Origin: a virus
Strand: one strand, 5' to 3'
Virus record (IMG/VR): IMGVR_UViG_3300046171_000227
Coordinates: 11,269 to 75,268 of that record
Length of the DNA stretch: 64,000 nt
How positions within the stretch are numbered: position 1 is the first letter of the stretch; each line of letters opens with the position of its first letter. The position numbers and the translations under genes are program-made. The notes beneath the pieces are model-generated. The model had not been told where the DNA came from, ran no database searches, and saw only the letters and a program-made list of their open reading frames with translations. This document shows positions 58,721 through 64,000 of this stretch, piece by piece.

Positions 58721-59784
58721 TATCTAATGATCTCCATATTTTCTGTAGATCCCCAAATCTCAAGTTCAGTTCTTACTCTGCTCTCAGACTTAAGTTTTTC
58801 AAAACGCTTGGATGCTTTCTTCTTCCACCAGGCGATTGCTTCTTCTGATGTATGACGAAAGTCTCCAAGATAATATCTTTTCTTTTCTGTGAGAGACATA
58901 GCATGATCAATACACTCATTGAACTGCTTTAGTTTGTCTTCATCCTTCAAAGAATTTCTAATGATAGAAATCATCTTGACTTGAATCTTCAGTTTCTTTG
59001 ACGACTTATCAGCAGAAATCAAACGCTCTCCACCATTACGTTCGTTAAACCACCAGAAGAAGTCTCTGAATACATCATCGTGAAACAGAGGTAAGAACTT
59101 ACTCTCAGTGTCTCCAATATGCCTCAGAAAGGGTTTAAGTCCATCATACATTGACACTCCTTTAGTTGTTCCATAGAGAGATGTAGTCTCAAAGTATTTA
59201 AGATCTGTCCCGTACTTCTTATCAAACTGTTGCTTCAATTCTTTTGAAGATGCTAGTAAGGCAAGAAGTTTTCCGCCCAGGTAATTGAACCCGAAAGGTT
59301 GAGTAGGAACAATGTTAAAGCCCATAACGAAGTGAGCATTAATATCACTAAGAGACTTGACTTCACCAAAGTAATTATTGCGTGGTTTACTATTGATTGT
59401 GGGCGAACCAAACCTAACAACACCAACAACCTTGTCCGTGTTTGTTTCAACAACAATCCATTTATGTGTTCTACCAGGAATTGCTTCCTCAATAGGATTA
59501 GAAGCAGTCAAATTCAGTGTCTCAGAATAAAGCCACTGATTATACTTTGAACGACTTTTAGTATCAGTATCAACAACATAAACTTCAAAATTCATGTCAT
59601 CGGGGTGCATATCAAACTTGTCAAACATATCTGAGTCTGCACCAAACCCAGGAAGATATCCAGATCTATTTTCTCCCCTATCTTCCTTAATGTGTCTTAG
59701 ATAATCATCAATACGATTGAACTGAGTGTAATAATCAATAAATTTATCAGCAGCATAAACTGCATCACTTTCACTTAGTATCAT
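58720..59784 (-). CDS. DUF4338/DruA-like protein
   Basis: IPGR..GSP..VPTQPFGFNYLGGKLLALL..TTSLYG. Confidence 0.65.
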   Translation of the reverse strand: MILSESDAVYAADKFIDYYTQFNRIDDYLRHIKEDRGENRSGYLPGFGADSDMFDKFDMHPDDMNFEVYVVDTDTKSRSKYNQWLYSETLNLTASNPIEEAIPGRTHKWIVVETNTDKVVGVVRFGSPTINSKPRNNYFGEVKSLSDINAHFVMGFNIVPTQPFGFNYLGGKLLALLASSKELKQQFDKKYGTDLKYFETTSLYGTTKGVSMYDGLKPFLRHIGDTESKFLPLFHDDVFRDFFWWFNERNGGERLISADKSSKKLKIQVKMISIIRNSLKDEDKLKQFNECIDHAMSLTEKKRYYLGDFRHTSEEAIAWWKKKASKRFEKLKSESRVRTELEIWGSTENMEIIR

Positions 59785-60098
59785 TTATAATACTTCTCTA
59801 GAATTTCTTCTATTTTATAATTGACTTTATTTAATTCATCTCTTTCTTCCTGCTCCTCAAGATATAATCTATCCCTCATTCTTCTAAGATTTCTGAGAAC
59901 AGATGGATTGCCGCCATAGTAACCCATGTTCTTCCAAACACAATCAATATACCCCCACTTCTCACCGATCAGCTGATCTCCAACTGAGGGAACAACACGC
60001 CGAATGCAGTGATTCCTGATTTCTGCAGGAACCTCAACTTTTTTGATTTCAAAATTATCCATCAACATCGATGGATCTGGAACTAAAAAAGGAATCAT
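59781..60098 (-). CDS. Hypothetical protein
   Basis: ATGA coupling at both ends. Confidence 0.65.
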   Translation of the reverse strand: MIPFLVPDPSMLMDNFEIKKVEVPAEIRNHCIRRVVPSVGDQLIGEKWGYIDCVWKNMGYYGGNPSVLRNLRRMRDRLYLEEQEERDELNKVNYKIEEILEKYYK

Positions 60099-61039
60099 TT
60101 AAATTCACACTCCACCATAATCTCAGTCAGACATGCAAGCAGGTTTATTTCCTGATCCGCAACGAAGGCAATCTGATACTGATACTTAGCAATGACAAGC
60201 ACAGCAGCAGGAATACTAGAGTTTGCCAAGGATGTATAAAGAGCATCGTAAATACGACGCATAAGTACACCAGAATCATTGTCCAAATTATCCACCACCC
60301 ACTTCCGAACTTCAGGGAAGTTCTTTTGTTTAAGGTTCTGTATAAGGTTGTTAACTTTGACATCAGAGAACGTAGCGAGGATTCCTGCATCAATAGCACC
60401 ACCTGATGAGTAACGTTGAATTTCATTTAGAACCCGACGCCAATCAGGAAAATGCTTATTGATTAATTCTACCAGGACTTTGTTATCATATTTAATACTC
60501 TCTTCATCCAAGATGGTTTTGACACGCTTGAAGAAAGATGCTGCAATTTCTTGTCGTTCCTTTCCTTTGATTCCGAACTCGATGACGGCGCATCGGGAGT
60601 GAAGAGGTTCAACAATTTTGTTTTTATAGTTGCAGGTGAAGATGAATCTGCAGTTGCCACTAAACTCCTCAATAAACGCCCGTAGGAGGAGTTGAACGTC
60701 GTTGGTTGTGTTATCTGCCTCATCAATGATGATGACTTTGTGTTTTGCAGTTGACGCAAGCGAAACGGTTGAAGCGAAATTCTTCGCATTGTTTCGGACG
60801 GTATCAAGGAATCGTCCCTCATCGGATCCATTGATGACATAATAGTCTACTCCAAGTTCATTGCAAAGTGCTTTTGCAACTGTAGTCTTACCACATCCAG
60901 CAGGGCCTGCAAGAAGCAGGTTAGGCACTTCTCCTTTATCTAGGAAGTCAAGAAAAGTTTTCTTGATATTGTCAGGGAGAATACACTCCTCAATTTTACG
61001 TGGGCGGTATTTTTCTACCCACAGAAACTCGTCGCGCAT
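60095..61039 (-). CDS. gp44: Clamp loader large subunit (T4 gp44)
   Basis: WVEKYRP, GPAGCGKTT, IIDEAD, SRC. Confidence 0.97.
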   Translation of the reverse strand: MRDEFLWVEKYRPRKIEECILPDNIKKTFLDFLDKGEVPNLLLAGPAGCGKTTVAKALCNELGVDYYVINGSDEGRFLDTVRNNAKNFASTVSLASTAKHKVIIIDEADNTTNDVQLLLRAFIEEFSGNCRFIFTCNYKNKIVEPLHSRCAVIEFGIKGKERQEIAASFFKRVKTILDEESIKYDNKVLVELINKHFPDWRRVLNEIQRYSSGGAIDAGILATFSDVKVNNLIQNLKQKNFPEVRKWVVDNLDNDSGVLMRRIYDALYTSLANSSIPAAVLVIAKYQYQIAFVADQEINLLACLTEIMVECEFK

Positions 61040-61368
61040 AATATTGTTTTAGGAATAAACCAATAGGATACAGATTGCCAGTATTTTCCAAGCAAATATG
61101 CTTCATAAAAATCCCGAATATCTGTCCAAGTATTACGATAATCACTAGGATAAATCGTAACACTCATAATACAGAATATCACAACGTGAAAGAAACTTCC
61201 AGCAGGGTGATGTCCTAATTGAAAACCAAGAAGTTTGGCTTCATCATTAACACTAAACCCAAGATCAAAATGAATATGGAGTTGATCATGAAGTTTGGTG
61301 TCTTCACCTATTCCAGGTATCCAATTTTCTAAGAATTGAATATACGGATCAGGTTCCATAGTAAGCAA
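61015..61368 (-). CDS. Hypothetical protein
   Basis: ORF track. Confidence 0.55.
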   Translation of the reverse strand: MLTMEPDPYIQFLENWIPGIGEDTKLHDQLHIHFDLGFSVNDEAKLLGFQLGHHPAGSFFHVVIFCIMSVTIYPSDYRNTWTDIRDFYEAYLLGKYWQSVSYWFIPKTILCATSFCG

Positions 61369-61588
61369 ATAATTTACTTATTCCAATAGTAACAAGAAAA
61401 GAGAGCATAATAACCATGTCCCACATTTTGTTTTTAATAAAGAATGGGAGAGTAAGAAAATCAGCGATTAGATGCACTATGACTCCTGCTAAAACACTTA
61501 CATAAATCAAAGTAAAGTGAGAGCAAACAATCAGAATGCATCCAATCAACCGCATCCTACCCAAAAGTTGAGTCTGGTTCAAGTGCAA
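61349..61588 (-). CDS. Small multi-TM membrane protein (start probably MRLIG)
   Basis: Hydrophobic ORF. Confidence 0.6.
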   Translation of the reverse strand: MHLNQTQLLGRMRLIGCILIVCSHFTLIYVSVLAGVIVHLIADFLTLPFFIKNKMWDMVIMLSFLVTIGISKLFAYYGT

Positions 61589-62246
61589 TGTAGTAAGTCA
61601 GATCATGATTTTTACTTGTGAAGCGAGACAGAAGTTTTTGCGAAACCACAACATCATATGTTCCAGGAAGAATCTTGATGTTCTCCACTTTGAAGTTAAA
61701 GTTGAAACTTTTATCAGTCTCGCCAACAACTTCTTCATGAGCATTAGAAGTATCGTTCTTCTTATCACGAACTACAAGTTTCACAACACCTGCTTCACCG
61801 ACAGCAGAGATATCAGGAAGTTGATAAACAGCAGCTGCTTTTAGAAGTTTCTCAAGAACAGTGGTAGTCAGTTCAAAACAGACATCTTCACTAGGAAGTG
61901 AAATCTCTTTATCAGGAGGGGTAACGATGACAGATGGATCTGCAAAGAAATACTTAGAACGTGAGCGTCCTTCTTTGATCACCACATAACCATCATTTGC
62001 AAAGTCAAGTTCGGGTTTTTGATGCAGACTCAAACCGTTAAGGAATTGATTAAGATCATAGATACCAAAATCGCGAGCAAACTCTTCATTGATAGTTGCT
62101 TCTGCAAGAATATTTTTCATCACACTAATAGTGCGAAGTTTACTACCCTCTTTAAACAAAATAGACTGATTAATAGAAGAGAAGTTTTTGAGAAGAGAAA
62201 GGGTAGAGTCAGACAGTTTCATAAGATTACGAATTTTCATTATCAA
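61557..62246 (-). CDS. gp45: Sliding clamp (T4 gp45)
   Basis: MKLS..LLKNFSSINQSI, FGIYDLNQFL, YYIALE. Confidence 0.96.
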   Translation of the reverse strand: MIMKIRNLMKLSDSTLSLLKNFSSINQSILFKEGSKLRTISVMKNILAEATINEEFARDFGIYDLNQFLNGLSLHQKPELDFANDGYVVIKEGRSRSKYFFADPSVIVTPPDKEISLPSEDVCFELTTTVLEKLLKAAAVYQLPDISAVGEAGVVKLVVRDKKNDTSNAHEEVVGETDKSFNFNFKVENIKILPGTYDVVVSQKLLSRFTSKNHDLTYYIALEPDSTFG

Positions 62247-62791
62247 TAAGGGAAGTCAGTGTTGACTGGTTTGTAGTGATCATCAAAATGCAAGAGTAGC
62301 ATAGCATAATGAATTACTTTTAGAAGATCTTTTTTATTTTGCCCATCTTTATCACCATATCGTGTTCCGTACTTTATGATATTTGATTGGCAAAATCCAG
62401 AAGCAAGTCCTTTAGCTGCCATCAAATCAATAGTTTGGATGTCTTTAAATCCACCTTCTTTTCCCGTATAGTGACTACGATAGGTGCCGCTCACATAATC
62501 ATGAATATCCTTGAGGATTTTATCCTCATGATATTTCCAACGTCCATTATTGTTGTCTGGTGCATTTGGAAGTTCAGGCACACTAACATTCAATTCCATA
62601 GTTGTTTCGTCGAGAGAATCCCATTGAGACAATGCCTCACTTGGAATTGCTGAGATAGAGATTGTGTCTTCACCTAGTCCACCAACAATTCCATCTTCAT
62701 TTGTAGAGTATCCGTCTGCTTTCGTAATCATAACATCATAAAGTAAACTCCAAGCATTAGTCATTTTATCAAAATGGTTTAGTGTTGTCAA
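62243..62791 (-). CDS. DUF3310-like protein
   Basis: HY..QTID..FCQSNIIKY..RYG.K.G..KDLLKVIHY. Confidence 0.7.
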   Translation of the reverse strand: MTTLNHFDKMTNAWSLLYDVMITKADGYSTNEDGIVGGLGEDTISISAIPSEALSQWDSLDETTMELNVSVPELPNAPDNNNGRWKYHEDKILKDIHDYVSGTYRSHYTGKEGGFKDIQTIDLMAAKGLASGFCQSNIIKYGTRYGDKDGQNKKDLLKVIHYAMLLLHFDDHYKPVNTDFPY

Positions 62792-63869
62792 TTACGTAGA
62801 TACGATCTTCTTCTCCAGGCATCTGGAAATCAGCATCAACTTTATCATACAGTTCCAAGAATGCCTGCTTTGTTTCATCATCAAAACGATTCACGCAAAC
62901 CTCAATCGCTTTTGCTTTATCACCGAAGATATTGTATGCCTGGACGATATGAACCAGACGACGGGTGCTGATAATCTCTTCGATTCCACCATCATAGAAT
63001 GTTTTGCGGATGATGTCTGCCCAGTCAGCAAGACGCTTGCAGAAAGTATCATCAGTGCAAAGTTTAGACAGAATCTTAGTCTCAATAGCAGCGGTAGGAT
63101 ACTCCTGCTCAAAGGTGACAGGAAAACGCTCTAGAAACGCTTCGTTGAGCACGTTAGTTCCAATGAATCGTCCGTCGTCACTACCTTTACCCTTAGTGTT
63201 GGCTGTGGCGATGACATTGAATCCACTTCGAGGAGAAACCCATCTTCCGATTTTTTTAAGGAAAACTCCTTTCCCTTCAAGGATAGATTGGAGACAGAGA
63301 ATTTTGTTAGAAGCGAGATCGAGTTCGTCAAGGAGCAGTACAGCTCCGCGTTCGAGTGCTTCGATGACTGGGCCATTGTGCCAGACGGTGTTACCATCAA
63401 TAAGGCGGAAACCGCCAATAAGATCATCTTCATCAGTTTCGATTGTAATGTTTACACGGATGAGTTCTCTTCCGAGTTGGGCACACGCTTGCTCAACCGA
63501 AAAAGTTTTGCCATTGCCGGAGAGTCCAGTAATGAACGTTGGATAAAAAATACCGGACTGAATAATTTTTTTAATATCAGTGAAGTTACCAAACTTGACG
63601 AAGGAATCATCTTTCTGAGGAATAAGGTTTTGCTCAACTGCAGGCATAGCAGCAGGAGCAGTATAGGACGTTTCCAGATCTTCTACAGTCTCTTTAGTTA
63701 CTTCCAAATTCCACTTACCACGTCCAACTTTGTAATCTGACAGTTTGTTAGCAACAGTCTGATAGTTGCAGTCATTCATCGCACACCATGCCTTAATCTC
63801 AGCAGAAGTGATCGACGTGCCGTACATATCTTGAATGGAGTCGATGATGCTTTGCTTGGAGAGTCCCAT
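62769..63869 (-). CDS. cobS: CobS/MoxR-like AAA+ ATPase
   Basis: GLSGNGKT, LLDELD, TANTKGKG, NEAFLERF. Confidence 0.92.
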   Translation of the reverse strand: MGLSKQSIIDSIQDMYGTSITSAEIKAWCAMNDCNYQTVANKLSDYKVGRGKWNLEVTKETVEDLETSYTAPAAMPAVEQNLIPQKDDSFVKFGNFTDIKKIIQSGIFYPTFITGLSGNGKTFSVEQACAQLGRELIRVNITIETDEDDLIGGFRLIDGNTVWHNGPVIEALERGAVLLLDELDLASNKILCLQSILEGKGVFLKKIGRWVSPRSGFNVIATANTKGKGSDDGRFIGTNVLNEAFLERFPVTFEQEYPTAAIETKILSKLCTDDTFCKRLADWADIIRKTFYDGGIEEIISTRRLVHIVQAYNIFGDKAKAIEVCVNRFDDETKQAFLELYDKVDADFQMPGEEDRIYVIDNTKPF

Positions 63870-63892
63870 GTGCTTTTGTTGTTTACCTGCTT

Positions 63893-63927
63893 ATTATACA
63901 CACAAAAAAGGGGGGTACACACCCCCC
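63893..63927 (-). terminator. Terminator followed by a TATAAT box upstream of cobS
   Basis: G6-tgtgta-C6 hairpin, T tract, then GTGTGTATAAT. Confidence 0.7.
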
Positions 63928-64000
63928 AGTGTTCACTTTTCAAACCGTCTGTACTTGAATTTAATTGCTTGAAGCATCCACGCATCAGTCAATTTCTTAG

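Overview
64 kb of an AT-rich T4-like marine cyanomyovirus genome (S-SM2/P-SSM2-like, host most likely Synechococcus), almost entirely on the minus strand. Left to right: (1) photosynthesis and carbon auxiliary genes (talC 5' end, DoxX, psbD, psbA, zwf, gnd, PTOX, petE, petF, two hli genes, a porin-like gene), interrupted by the only plus-strand operon, three exported proteins divergent from psbA; (2) a ~17 kb nucleotide-sugar/glycosyltransferase island that also carries an NAD synthetase, a radical SAM enzyme, a methyltransferase and an Fe-S sugar 3-dehydratase; (3) a cluster of 8 tRNAs; (4) a full-length glycogen phosphorylase directly downstream of nrdAB; (5) primase and Lys-rich putative head-internal proteins; (6) the T4 replication core (gp41, uvsX, gp43, hsp20, regA, gp62, gp44, gp45, cobS) with an MTA/SAH nucleosidase and a DUF4338/DruA-like gene inserted. 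Many genes, including essential ones, are split by single-base indels, which points to consensus errors rather than pseudogenes. Best leads: phage GlgP feeding the pentose-phosphate/RNR and NDP-sugar pathways; a psbA-divergent envelope module with two paralogous secreted subunits and a TolC-repeat-like protein; the glycan island with its own cofactor support; a ROSE-like thermometer on hsp20; HLR1-like boxes at psbA and hli; tandem AUA-decoding tRNAs. All family calls come from motif recognition, not database searches.
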